DNA from: Mustelus asterias
Lineage: Eukaryota
Length of the DNA: 64,000 nucleotides
Direction of reading: 5' to 3'
Assembly: GCF_964213995.1 (NCBI RefSeq)
Contig: NW_027590122.1
Coordinates: forward strand, 682,001-746,000
The notes under the pieces are model-generated. The model was not told where the DNA came from, made no database searches, and worked only from the letters and a program-made list of their open reading frames with translations. Position numbers and translations under genes: made by a program. Positions 47,101 to 60,647 of the stretch are shown piece by piece; within the stretch, counting starts at the first letter, position 1, and each line of letters starts with the position of its first letter.

Positions 47101-48053
47101 CGTCCCACCTTCCACACCCCAACAGAATGGACTCCGAGATTTACAATAGGTTAATATTAAAATGGGCATTTTGTCTGTGTCGGGATATTTGTTTGGCTGA
47201 ATATGTTTATTGTATTGTCTCCATTATTTCTGATGGTGATATTGCAGTTCATCATTCCTGTATTTAAAATAAAAACTAATTCCATTGTAAATATGGTGCT
47301 TTTATTACCACGCCCCTGACAAGAACACAACTCTAACAATGATGAAATAACATTTTTGGAAAATAAGGAGACCGTCAGTCTATTTTGCAACAATTCCGGG
47401 TCTGTCACATTACAATAATAAAGCATAATTTATCAGAAGAATTGTTATCGATTTCTGTAACTAAATGTGGGGGATGAACAAAGTGATTCTATTTACAGTG
47501 TGGATGGCTATCATTGTACAACTTGGGTTCGGAGATGAGAAGAAACTCTCACACAATACAATGTTTCTCCTTATATTTGTCAAACTGTCCAATCTCGAAG
47601 ACAACCCTTTGAAAATAATAAGAATCCAGCCCTCCTGATAATTAAACAGTGAGTTGATTGTGAAACATAAAAATAAATCGACTTTTGACAGAGAAGTTAA
47701 TGAATCGGAACGGACACGGAGATCATGAAAGTTCTCCTTCAGCATCTAAATAATTGCAGCTCAATCTGTAGGCCACCGGCTGTCTAACATTCCCTGGTAT
47801 TGCGAACACAGGATATCAGGGCTTTGCGGCACATTGCAAATATCACAAGAATTTGATCTTCCATTGAATCAGGCTATGAAGTGATCATTTCTCCACTCAT
47901 TGGCAGCTATGAGAGGAACTCTTCAATAATGGAAATCAGATTATACTGTACCATAGAACACGGTGCAAATCAGGTACAAGAGACGCTGCTGTTTAAATGA
48001 GCTACAGAACTTTCAGAATATTCCAGGAATCCCCGCTGTTCATGTTAGTTTTA

Positions 48054-48360
48054 TAGAACATAGAACAGTACAGCACAGAACAGGCCCTTCGGCCCACGAT
48101 GTTGTGCTGAGCTTTATATGAAACCAAGAGCAAGCTATCCCACTCCCTATCGTCCTGGTGTGCTCCATGTGCCTATCCAATAACCGCTTAAATGTTCCTA
48201 AAGTGTCTGACTCCACTATCACTGCAGGCAGTCCATTCCACACCCCAACCACTCTCTGCGTAAAGAACTTACCTCTGATATCCTTCCTATATCTCCCACC
48301 ATGAACCCTATAGTTATTCCCCCTTGTAATAGCTCCATCCACCCGAGGAAATAGTCTTTG
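48054..48360 (-). mobile_element. CR1 3' fragment (same subfamily as 57530-60155)
   Basis: QRLFPRVDGAITRG..FFTQRVVG, near-identical to 59845-60155. Confidence 0.92.
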
Positions 48361-49459
48361 ATGCTCTTTTAATATTATTTCGATCATTATTCTCATCTCA
48401 ATTAACAGGAGAATTGGGACCATCAACATCTCTCTCTGTCATTTCATGAAGTGGTTAATAAACAGACTTTAATTATTAGAATGACATTTACTTGGAAGTT
48501 ATACAAATGAAAAATCATCTGGTCATTTTATTGTTTTGCGATACTATTTACTCACATAATGAACAGGACACTGAATGAAAATATTTGATGAGAATGATTA
48601 CGATTTAAAATGTGTCTTTCTTGCGGGAATGAAACATTTATTGTTTAAATGGCTGAATCCCATTTTGTCCATTCAGGTTCACGCTAATCTGTCCCACACA
48701 GTATTTGGCAGCAATCCAGGCTGCTGCCAAATGCTCAATGTTATTGACAGGAAGCATCTGGGGGTGTTTGTGCAGTAGATCAAAGATCTGTTTTCTCAGT
48801 ACTGACCGCTTGGCTGCAAGCCAACTCCAAACCTTTCACATTGTCAATGAGGCCTATTTATAAACAAATACACCCAGCAACAGTACGAGAAGCACTTTAA
48901 TTTTTTAAAGTTGCAAATCAATATGAATTTTCCCATCTCTAAAGAAATAAAAGTCATGCAGCTTCTCTGGCACCCTTCTAGCAACAATGATTATTTTTCC
49001 AACACATCAGGATATTGTGATAGATGGCTAGAAAGGATTACAAGACAACTGAGAGATGTCTCAGAGAGATGATGTATTTTCTTTCCCTTTGTCTTTCCAT
49101 GGGATGTTTGATTGGAAAGACCAGCACTTTTTGCTTGTCCAAATTCCCGTGAATTGACTGGTTTTCTAGGCCACTTCTAAAAATATTAAAGAGTAGGCTA
49201 TTTTGCTGTCCACCTGGAGGCACATCCTTGGGAGACCAGGTAGCGATGGCAGATTGGCTCCATTGGGGAATCAAAGATGTTCTAACGGTCGCCATTATTA
49301 TCTATTCCAGATTTATTAATTGAATTCAAATTCTACCCGCTGCAATGGCGCGATTTAAATCCCTGTCCTCACATCATTGTCCTGGGCCTCTGGGTCACTG
49401 GATCAATTAAATTAATATTATGTCACAATCTACGCAAACAATAATTGTTTTACTGTGTT

Positions 49460-49940
49460 GATAGAGTCAAAGAGTCATAGCGTCATAGAGGTTTACTGCA
49501 TGGAAACAGGCCCTTCGGCCCAACTTGTCCAAGCCGCACTTTTTTTTAAACCCCTAAGCTAATCCCAATTGCCCGCATTTGGCCCATATCCCTCTATACC
49601 CATCGTAGCCATGTAACTATCTAAATGCTTTTTGAAAGACAAAATTGTACCCGCCTCTACAACTACCTCTGGCAGCTAGTTCCAGACACTCACCACCCAC
49701 TGTGTGAAACAAAATGCCCCTCTGGACACTTTTGTATCTCTCCCCTCTCACCTTAAACCTATGGCCTCTAGTTTTAGACTCCCCTACCTTTGGGAAAAGA
49801 TATTGACTATCTATCTGATCTGTGCCCCTCATTATTTTAAATATCTCTCTGAGATCACCCCTCAGCCTCCTACGCTTCAGAGAAAAAAGTCCCTGTCTAT
49901 CCAGCCTCTCCTTCTAACTCAATCCAGCAAGTCCTGGTAG
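49460..49940 (-). mobile_element. CR1 3' fragment
   Basis: MRGTDQIDSQYLFPKVGESKTRGHRFKVRGE; same subfamily as 1-2111. Confidence 0.9.
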
Positions 49941-50865
49941 CTGCATGGCTTTCCTTTCTTTCGGGATGAGAAATGTCATTCAATCCTGCATCAGGAATGA
50001 ATGACATTTCAATGAATGATGTTTGGATGAATGACAGTTCGATGCCTGAATATTTTGATTGAGAAACCAATGAATGGATTGATGGATGCATTGATAGATG
50101 GCATTGAAAGATGCTGTTCTACATTCCCATATTTGTGCTTGGTCACTTCATGAATTGAATCAGCTCCTTTATTCCATTTGTGTCACTCTAATACCTCCAA
50201 TTCTTCCAGAATGTCTGGGTGAAATCCATCCCGAGTTTATCGCGTGTTAGCAAGCTGATCCTCACGAAGAGAAGGACGAGATTTTCCTGCGGCTCGGATG
50301 GTTCATTTCTCTGCTGATGCTGAATCTTCATATCCAAGATAAAAAGAGAAAACATGGAGGGAGAATTGTAATATTTGAAACATGTGGCTCTTTCACGTGC
50401 AACAAATCACTCAACATGCCCTCACCCAAATTAGTGAAGGTAACAGGGTGAAAAGTAAATAAGGTAGCAACAGAAATATTGTGAGACTCACTGGACAACT
50501 ACAAGTGTTACATTACTTCCCAAAATAGTGTAACAGTGTAATAATGAATCGGGATTTAAGGATTCAGTAACTTCACATGAGGTACAGGTAGTTTCATTTA
50601 TATCATCACTTTAAAAATCATCACACACTCCAGCTATGTATCAGGACTTTCTGTGTGATGATGAGGTGATAACTTGTCAATGAAGCGCAGAGGCTGCTGG
50701 GTTGCTGTTCATTATCCTCGGTCTGAATTAATTCAATTCCCCACTGAATTATCGGACAGATTTTATTCCTTGGTGACAAAAAGGCCAAGAAAATGTCAAT
50801 AAATGTTAATATCAATATATCATACGAAGCAAATTACAATTGTATGTTTTATAGAATGAGATATT

Positions 50866-51395
50866 AAAAACAAACAGAAAATGCTGGAAAATCGCAGCAG
50901 GTCTGACACCGTCTGTGGAGACAGAATAGAGCCAACGTTTCGAGTCTGGATGACGCTTCGGAAGAATATTCCTGATGCGTCGGAGAAATCATCATTGTTT
51001 CGAACAAAGTGTCAGAGAAGCTGCATAACTTTCCTGTGAGATGGGAATAGTTTAAGTAGTTACTGTTTAATGATATACACTACTTCGAGCCACGCACAAG
51101 TTACATCAATTCATATATCGATCCCAAATATCATAATCAACTTCTCCATCCTAACTAACCTAATCAACGCCTCAATCACTAACTATATCCTAAAAAAAAA
51201 CTTCCTAATCCCTATCCACCCTCATCATTTCCCAATTTCATCATCCTCTTCAAATTTCTCCAAATAAAAAAGGGCCATCCTGACTCAAAACGTTGGCTCT
51301 ATTCTCTCTCCCCAGATGCTGTCAGGCCTGCTGAGATTTTCCAGAATTTATTGTTTTTGTTTCAGTTTCCAGAATCCGTAGTATTTTGCTTTTTT
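50866..51395. mobile_element. Penelope pLTR-like family 2: two inverted arms around a ~310-bp spacer
   Basis: The arm at 50866-50958 is the reverse complement of the arm at 51271-51395. Confidence 0.7.
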
Positions 51396-51854
51396 TCAAT
51401 ATGCTGAATATAATTGGTGAAATAATTGTTTATCGGTATGAATTGATGATAATTGGTGAACTGGAAAAACCCCGACTGGAATTTCCACTCCAAGACACTC
51501 ATCAACCTGAATTGAACATATATTACCGTTCCTATACTGTCGCTGGGTCGGAATTCATGAGCACCCTCCCTAACAGCACTATGGAAGTACCTGCACTGCA
51601 GGTTTTGCAGCGGTTCAAGAAGGCGGCTCAACACCAATTTACCGAATGCAGTTAGCAATGTGGAATAAATGCTGCCCTAAATAGTGTCGCCCACCTTCCA
51701 TAAAGTAATGTTAAATATACTAATCTTTGTGAATGAATGAGAATTGGTGAATGCATTTATTAAATTGTGAATGGAACATCATTGGTGAAAATAATTACTA
51801 TTTTTCTGAACATTTATGACATTCTCCTTATCTGCTGGAAGATTTAATGTTTGA

Positions 51855-52155
51855 AGTTTATTTATTAATGTGACAATTAGGCTTACATTAACACTGCATT
51901 GAAGTTACTGTGAAAATCCCCGAGTCGCAACATTGCGGCATCTGTTCGGGTACACTGAGGGGGAATTTAGCCTGGCCGTGCACCTTACCTGCATGCCTTT
52001 TTGGACTGTGGGAGGAAATTGGAGCACTCAGAGGAAATCCGTGCATACAGAAAAAATGTGCAGACTCCGCACAGACACTGACCCAAGCTGGGAACCAAAC
52101 CTGTGGTCCTGGTGCTGTGAGGCAACAGAGCTAACCACTGTGCCACCCTGGCACC
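51855..52155 (-). mobile_element. HE1-related SINE
   Basis: gctaaccactgtgccacc head; same variant as 19950-20233. Confidence 0.82.
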
Positions 52156-52219
52156 CACCATTCCACAAGAGATGTTTGATTCAAATTCAACACACTTTTT
52201 GCAAAGTAAGTCAATGGAA

Positions 52220-52515
52220 GAGAATGCTCCAGCCACAGACATATCTCAGTCATAGCATCACGGGAAAAATATTTGCTGGGGTCACACTTGGAATACACCA
52301 TCTGCCTGCAGACCCGGTGCTCCTGATGTGCAGTGTAGTGACTGTGTTGGAACATTTACTCCAGCCAACAACTTCTCCATGTTCCATATGTGTCCATATC
52401 TTTAACGTACTTTGGTCAATCTCGCGAAGACCTTCAACGCCGTCAGCACGGCAAAGACTACAGGATTTTGGTGATAACTGGCTCCACACCAAAGTTCCTA
52501 ATATCCATTCATAAT
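52220..52515 (+). mobile_element. RTE-clade RT fragment, degenerate
   Basis: HISVISITGKIFAGV and VNLAKTFNAVS resemble RTE RT motifs GISLLS..GKI.ARV and VDLTKAFDTVS. Confidence 0.55.
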
Positions 52516-52789
52516 GCAAAAATATGTAAAGGAAGCCAATCTGAATTGGATGTGTTTATTGTGTGTCCATCATGTACTGTAAATGGAAGAATGCAAGTGA
52601 TCATTTTGAAATTAATTTCTACAAACATGATATATTTCACAAAACACATGCACATCAAGATGCTCAATTTTTGTTCCGCCAGGATCACTCGATTCCAGAA
52701 ATGATTGAACATGAGTCCAAATATAGATAAAAAATTTAAATTAAAAGGTTTTTTTGACAGCATTTGACCGTTTGTAGTATCAAGGAACC

Positions 52790-53360
52790 CGAGCGAAACT
52801 GCAGTTAATGGAAATCAGGGGGGAAAACAGTCCACTGGCTGGAGCACAAAGGAAGATGGTTGTGGTTGCTAATGGTTAATCATCTCAGTCACAGGGCTCT
52901 GCAGGAATTCTTCAGGTTAGTGACCTATCCCCAAGATTCAGCCATCATCAAAGTTCATATGTGGGATGTTCACTGATGATTGAACAAATTTCAGCACCAG
53001 TTCCGACTCCTGAGGTACTGACACAGTCTGTGTCCATATGAAGCAGGACTTAGAAAACATTCAGTCTTGGGTTAATGAGTGGCAAGTAACACTAATGCCA
53101 CACAAGTGGCAGGCAATGACCCTCTCCAACAAGGGAGATTCCACCCATCTCCCCTTGACACTAAGGAGAATTACTAGCGCAGAATCCCTCACTATCAACA
53201 TCCTGGGCATTATATTTCGTGAAAATCTGAACTGGAACAGGCATTTAAATCATGTGGCTGCAACAGCAGGTCTGATGCCAGGAGTTCTGCGGCGAACATC
53301 TCACCACCTGAATTCCCAAACCCTATCCATCATCTACATGGCAAAAGTCAGGAGTATGAA
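52790..53360 (+). mobile_element. Degenerate CR1/L2-group LINE RT 3' fragment
   Basis: MFTDD, QDLENIQSW..WQV and ILGI..LNW..H..IY.AKVRS remnants. Confidence 0.6.
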
Positions 53361-55409
53361 CAAAGAACAAAGAACAGTACAGCACATGAACAGGCCCTTC
53401 TGCCCTCCAAGTCTGTTCCAACAGAGATGATTGAATATTCTCTACTTGCCTAACTTGTGCCACTCAAAAAGCTCAATGCCATTCTGGGAAAAGTAGCTGT
53501 CTCGAAGAACACCCCACCCACCAGCTTCCCAAAGCTTGCCACCACATTCTCAAAGGTAATTAGGATTTGGAAACAAAAGTTGACTTTACATAAGTGACAC
53601 CAAAATCTCATGAAACAATTTTAAACATTTCATATCCCTGCTTATATTCAACTCGCCTCTGACCCTGTCTGTATTACACTCGGCTCTGCCTGGATCACAT
53701 TCCATGAGGTCCTATCTAAGTTTTTTCCTGCACTCTGCTCAATTTGAGGTGTTCATATACGAGGCACAGGCCCTGTTAATATTATAATTTCTAAGTTATG
53801 GCTGCACTTAGCCAGTTCTCTTCTAATCTGACAAGAGGCCGTGTCTTAATTCTTACTGCCTCAGGACATTTAACACTGTATACTAAACTGGAAATACTGT
53901 CTTCATGCATTACACATGGTACTGTCACATTTATCATACTAATAGTTCATTAGATTTTAATAGTTTAGGTCTTGTTTAAGTTAATGCTTCACCAGTCCAT
54001 GTATTTGATTATTTAAGACTGTCATGTCTCAGTTTCATTGTACGTTGCAATACGTCCTCATAGCTGCTTTGTCCGAATCACAGTGTGTATCAGTCTAGGT
54101 CCCGCATCAACAATTACCACGAATAAAATGGGCTCTGTCTCAGTTTACATCATTCTAGGTACTGTCTCAGTAATTATCACTAACACACTGGACTCTGTCT
54201 CAGTTTAAACCTGTCTCAGTCCTGTATCAGTAGTTATTACTAATGCACTTGGCTCCATCTCAGTTCATACAAGTCTCGCTCAAGTATCATTAATTACTCG
54301 GCTCTGTCTCAGTTCATATCGCTCAAGCTCCTATATCCAGTAAAACTGCACTAAAACACTGTCTCCTTTTGCTTTTCCTTGACAATGTCATAAATATTTT
54401 TTTAATGTTTCTGTCATGGGATGGTGGGTGTCATTGGAAATACCAGTATTTGATATTTGACCATCCCCACATGGCACTCGGCACTAACTCATTTCTATTT
54501 TATTGGATCAGGCCCCTGTTTATATTAAAATACAGTCTGGCTCTGTTACTCTGCTAGAGTTTACATTGCACTGGACACTCTCTCTGGATGTTTAATATTT
54601 GATACTGACCCTGTATATATTTCACTAGACTGTGTCAGTGTTATTCCTGCACTTAACTATGCCTCTGTTTGAATTATGTCTGTATTACTACACTGTTCCG
54701 AGAGAAGAAGAGATAATACGTTGGGATAAAAACATTGCTATTAGGCAGGATCCAGAAATGGGCAGGATTGGATGGACAGTATTTGGTTGGTGCAGTCTTG
54801 GAGGGCCGACGGGCCTTTTCCTGTGCTGTAATTTTCTTTGTTTTTTGTTCTTTGTTGACAGTACATGCTACACAGGGCTTGGTATCCATTTTCAATGCAG
54901 TCAGCAGAAGTTGGTTTCAGATATCTCTTCTTCTTTTCCAGTGCACAAAACCTCATACAGTTTGCACCTGCAGAAGGATGCAGAGAATTGTGTTCCCCCA
55001 ACGACTTTCATCATTACTGGCATTGACTAGTGCAGTAAAAACTGAGACCATGTCCAATGCAATATAAACGTGGACACGATCAATTGCAGAAATAAGATTA
55101 CATCTAGTTTGATACAAGCAGAGACAGATCTAAATGAATGTAAACGGAGACAACGTCTCGCTTAATATAAACAGAAACATGGTGATGTATAATATAAACA
55201 GGGACAGCGTCTAATTTAGTATAAACAGATAAAACATCCAGTTTAATATGAGTAGAGACAGGCAATATAAAATTCTACGTGCAATATAAAAAGAGTTAGG
55301 GTCTAGTGAAAAATAAACAAAGGCATGGCCTCATAATATAAGCTGACACAGGGTAAATTTACTGTAATATAAAGAGACTGCTTCAATCCCCATGAAATTT
55401 GTAGAGAGG

Positions 55410-56010
55410 GCCGACTGTCCCATCAAAAACTTACAGGACAGGAGTAACATGGGGTTAGCTGCAGAATGCAAAGTTCCCTCTGCATTGCCAAATTAAACAC
55501 TCCCAAGGCAGAAATAGCATGAGTTAGATACAAGTGAATCTCCCTCTACACTATCCAAATCAAACATTCCCAGAACAGTATACTCTCTAGAAACAGAATG
55601 AAACTCCCTCTATAAAGTCTGCTCAAACAAAATGAAGGCAGAAAGAGTATGGACTCTCTTCCAGGTAACACCTCTTCTGCACTCTTCCTTTAGAGATTCG
55701 GGACGCAGGTTTACATTAGTGCTAGTTACAGGGGAAAGACCGTCTACACAGTTCCATAAAACACACCCAGGTCAGGTACAGCAGAGATTAGATACGGATT
55801 AAATCTTCCTTTACAAAGTCACATCAAACATTCAAAAGGCGGGTACAGTGAGTTTAGATGCAGAGTAAATATTCCTCGACACTGTCCAGTCAAATACTCC
55901 ATGGACAGGGACAGCACCGGCTAAATCTAGGGAAAGATCCTTCGATACTGCCACATCGAATCCTTATCACTCGGGACAGCCGAGGTCAGATACAGAAGAA
56001 AATGTTTCAA
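55410..56010 (+). repeat. Old degenerate ~65-70-bp tandem repeat (..gggttagatacagagtaaa.ctccctctacactgtcccatcaaacactcccagg..), ~8-9 units
   Basis: Recurring tcaaaca, ttagat.cag and ccctcta motifs at ~67-bp spacing. Confidence 0.7.
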
Positions 56011-56904
56011 GCGTTTCAAGATCATAGGATGCTCAAGAAATCTTTTCGAGTAAATCTCACTCACGGATTCCAATTTATTGAATTACATTCTTTGAGAAGC
56101 TTATAACTCCGGCTGAGAGAATACATTGGGCAGACACTGACTTTATGCTGTGGAGTGAAGACGATGAACCATCGTCGAGAGACAAGATACAAAACCAGAA
56201 AGGAGAAAGACAGAGAAAGAGATGAAACACAGGAAATTTCTACGAACACATTTGCAGTGTCATTATATTTCGGGATGAGAGGAATTATTTCCTAATTCTG
56301 AACATAGATATCATCATGATGTTTTTCTTCACATAACTGACGAATAAATAATGTGGAAAAACAATCATTACTGGAATCCGTTGATTGATTTGCATGGTTG
56401 TCTCTATTTCTGTGCTGTGTTCGTGGGGAAATATTTGTTGTGTTTTTGTCAGTCAACAATCTAATTTGGAATTTCTATTTTTGTATTTATTTACATAAAC
56501 ACCTCACTGGTTACAATGAAATGTTCATGACAGCAAAACCAGATAAACCGTTACTTATTGATCAGTTTCAACTCAAAATAGCGGTTTATTTTAAGAATAT
56601 TAACAGTTGGTTCAAAATGAATAGAAACTTTTTGAACATTCATTACACCAGTTGTATTTAATTAAAAGAAAATGATACATTCCATTTCAGAATTAGTTCT
56701 GAAAGTTCTGATGTCACAATTAATAAAGCATCTGTGAACAGGCAGATATTAATTTGATTGAGGATTTAATCTGTTTAAACTAGCCAAGTTAAAAAAAAAG
56801 AAACAGATCTGATGTCTGAAGTATTCCTTTCACAAATAGTGATCACACTCACACTCAGGGAAGAATAAAAAATCCACTGTGGTTATCAATGAGAGATACA
56901 ATTA

Positions 56905-57380
56905 GCTTTGCTGCCTCACAGCGACAGGGAAGCGGGTTCGATTCCAACCTCGGGTGACTGTGTGTGGTTTTCACATTCTACCCATATCCATGTGAGTTTC
57001 CTCCGAGTGCACCAGTTTCCTTTCACAGTCCAAGGATGTGCAGGTTAGGTGGATTGGCTGTGATAAATTGCCCCTTAGCGTCCAATGATGTGCAACTTAG
57101 AATCATAGAATCCCTACAGTGCAGAAGGAGATCATTCAGTTCATCAAGTCTGCACCAGCTATCCAGCAAAGCATCCTTCCCAGGCCCAAGGTGGATTGTC
57201 TGTGCTAAATTTCCTGTTAGTGTCCAATGATGTGTAGGTTTGGGGGATTGGCCTGTGAATATGTGTTGTTGTCACGATAGGGTGAAGGCTGGGCCCAGGT
57301 AGGATGCTGAGCTGGAGAACCACTGCAGACTTGCTGGACCGTATGGCCTCCTTTTGAACTGTAGGGATTCTATGATTTTA
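56905..57380 (+). mobile_element. HE1-like SINE, composite
   Basis: B box gggttcgattcc. The body contains an inverted fragment of the tail and a duplicated gtccaatgatgtg. Confidence 0.75.
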
Positions 57381-57529
57381 TGCTGCTATTATCAGGCACA
57401 ACTTACATTTTGGTGTAACTTGCATTTATAGAACACTTTACCCGACCTCATGTCGTCCCAACGTTCTTAAAGCTCACTGATGTACATTTGCTGAATTTAG
57501 TCACTGCTGTAATGTTGGAAATATAGCAG

Positions 57530-60155
57530 GTAATAGGGCCGATCGTCGAGGGGGATCTGCACACTGAGGTAATATGAGCTGAGGTTAGAAATAGGAAAGG
57601 AGCGGTCACGTTGTTAGGAGTTTACTATAGGCCCCCAAATAGTAATAGAGATGTGGAGGAAGAAATTGCTAAGCAGATTATGGATATGTGTGGGGGTCAC
57701 AGGGTAGTTGTCATGGGGGACTTCAACTTTCCAAATGTTGATTGGAACCTTTGTAGGTCAAATAGTTCGGATGGGGCAGTTTTTGTGCAGTGTGTGCAGG
57801 AGGGTTTCCTGACACAATATGTGGATAGGCCGACAAGAGGTGAGGCCACATTGGATTTGGTACTGGGAAATGAACCAGGCCAAGTGTTAGATTTGGTTGT
57901 GGGAGAGCACTTTGGAGATAGTGACCACAATTCGGTTTCTTTTGTTATTGCAATGGAGAGGGATAGGGCCGTATGGCAGGGCAAGGTTTACAATTGGGGG
58001 AGAGGTAATTATGATGCGATTAGGCAAGAATTAGGGGGCATAAGTTGGGAACACAAACTGTCAGGGAAAGGAACTAATGAAAAGTGGAACTTTTTCAAGG
58101 AACAAATACTGGGTCTCCTTGATAGGTATGTCCCTGTCAGGCAGGGAGGAAATGGCCGAGTGAGGGAACCATGGTTCACGAAAGAGGTGGAATGTCTTGT
58201 GAAAAGGAAGAGGGAAGCTTATGTGGGGATGGGGAAACAACGTTCAGATGGCTCGATTGAGGGTTACAAGTTAGCAAGGAATGAACTGAAAAAGGGGCTT
58301 AGGAGAGCTAGAAGGGGTCATGAGAAGTCCTTGGTGGGTCGGATCAAGGAAAACCCCAAGGCTTTTTACTCTTATGTGAGGAATAAAAGAATGACCAGGG
58401 TGAGGTTAGGGCCGGTCAAGGACAGTAGTGGGAACTGGTGTATGGAGTCAGTAGAGATAGGCGAGGTGATGAATGAATACTTTTCTTCAGTGTTCACCAA
58501 GGAGAGGGGCCATGTTTTTGAGGAAGAGAAGGTGTTACAGGCTTATCGGCTGGAGGAAATAGATGTTCGGAGGGAGGATGTCCTGGCAGTTTTGAATAGA
58601 CTGAAGTTCGAAATGTCCCCTGGGCCTGATGAAACATATCCTAGGATTCTTTGGGAGGCAAGGGATGAGATTGCAGAGCCTTTGGCTTTGATCTTTGGGT
58701 CCTCACTGTCCACGGAGATGGTGCCAGAGGACTGGAGAATGGCGAATGTTGTTCCTCTGTTTAAGAATGGGAATAGAAATGACCCTGGTAATTATAGACC
58801 GTTAGTCTGACTTCGGTGGTTGGTAAATTGATGGAAAAGGTCCTTAGGGATGGGATTTACGACCATTTAGAAAGATGCGGATTAGTCCAGGATAGTCAGC
58901 ACGGATTCGTGAAGGGCAAGTCGTGCCTCACAAATTTGATTGAATTTTTTGAGGAGGTAACTAAGTGTGTTGATGAAGTTAGGGCAGTTGATGTCATATA
59001 CATGGATTTTAGTAAGGCATTTGATAAGGTCCCCCATGGTCGGCTTATGATGAAAGTGGGATAGAGGGAAAGTTGGCCGATTGGATAGGTAACTGGCTGT
59101 CTGATCGAAGACAGAGGGTGGTGGTGGATGGAACATTTTCGGACTGGAGGCAGGTTGCTAGCGGAGTGCCACAGGGATCAGTGCTTGGTTCTCTGCTCTT
59201 TGTGATTTTTATTCATGACTTAGAGGAGGGGGCTGAAGGGTGGATCAGTAAATTTGCTGATGACATCAAGATTGGTGGAGTAGTGGATGAGGTGGAGGGC
59301 TGTTGTAGGCTGCAAAGAGACATAGATGGGATGCAAAGCTGGGCTGAAAAATGGCAAATGGAGTTTAACCCTGATAAATGTGAGGTGATTCATTTTGTTA
59401 GGACTAATTTAAATGTGGATTTCAGGGTCGAAGGTAGGGTTCTGAAGACTGTGGAGGAACAGAGAGATCTTGGGGTCCATATCCACAGATCTCTAAAGGT
59501 TGCCACTCAAGTGGATAGAGCTGTGAAGAAGGCCTATAGTGTGTTAGCTTTTATTAACAGGGGGTTGGAGTTTAAGAGCCGTGGGGCTATGCTGCAACTG
59601 TACAGGACCTTGGTGAGATCACATTTGGAATATTGTGTGCAATTCTGGTCACCTCACTATAAGAAGGATGTGGAGCGCTGGAAAGAGTGCAGAGGAGATT
59701 TACCAGGATGCTGCCTGGTTTGGAGGGTAGGTCTTATGAGGAAAGGTTGAAGGAGCTCGAGATGTTCTCTCTGGAGCGGAGGAGGCTGAGGGGAGACTTA
59801 ATAGAGGTTTATAAAATGATGAAGGGGATAGATAGAGTGAACGTTCAAAGACTATTTCCTCGGGTGGATGGAGCTATTACAAGGGGGCATAACTATAGGG
59901 TTCGTGGTGGGAGATATAGGAAGGATATCAGATGTAGGTTCTTTACGCAGAGAGTGGTTGGGGTGCGGAATGGACTGCCTGCAGTGATAGTGAAGTCAGA
60001 CACTTTAGGAACATTTAAGCGGTTATTGGATAGGCACATGGAGCACACCAGGATGATAGAGAGTGGGATAGCTTGATCTTGGTTTCAGATAAAGCACGGC
60101 ACAACATCGCGGGCCGAAGGGCCTGTTCTGTGCTGTACTGTTCTATGTTCTATGT
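57530..60155 (+). mobile_element. CR1 LINE, 5'-truncated (APE C-terminal half, linker, RT, 3' UTR) with few lesions
   Basis: GVYYRPP, VMGDFNFP, LDLVL and SDHN (endonuclease); [26 protein letters not shown] and KFADD (RT). Tail (ttctatg). Confidence 0.97.
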
Positions 60156-60647
60156 AATTTGCGTAAACTTGCTCCAACAAACCGAGATGTGATAAATGGC
60201 CAGTAAATTTGCGATTTTATTTGAAGAATGAGGATTTGGGTAGGATATTGGGCAGAACAGCCTTGCTCTTCATAATTATATCAAGAGATTTTGCATCCTG
60301 GCATCGATTAAAATGTGAATCTGGTTCTGTCTCTGCTGATGCCCATTGAGATGCTGAGTAGCACTTTTGTTGTTTTAGTATTAGATTTCCAAAATCTGCA
60401 GCACTTTGCACTGCTTTTATTGAATCTCTGGATGTGAGCATCACTGACAAAGCCAACAGTAATTGTCCCTACTGAGAAGGCGATTGTGAGCCACCTAGTT
60501 GAAACCTGCCCTCTCGATGATTTTCTGATGACTTTCCATAGCAGCTTTGATACAACTGGATGGCTTGCTTGGCAATTTCATTGGTGGCGAAGAGTCATTT
60601 TCATCACAGTGGAACTGGAGTCGATGTAGGACAGACAGGGGAAAGTT

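Noticed and set aside
54079-54110. CACAGTG heptamers between the two V regions (also 60604, and CACAGTA at 41680 and 42990) as D/J relics
   Set aside because: No acceptable nonamer at 12 or 23 nt and no adjacent D- or J-like sequence.
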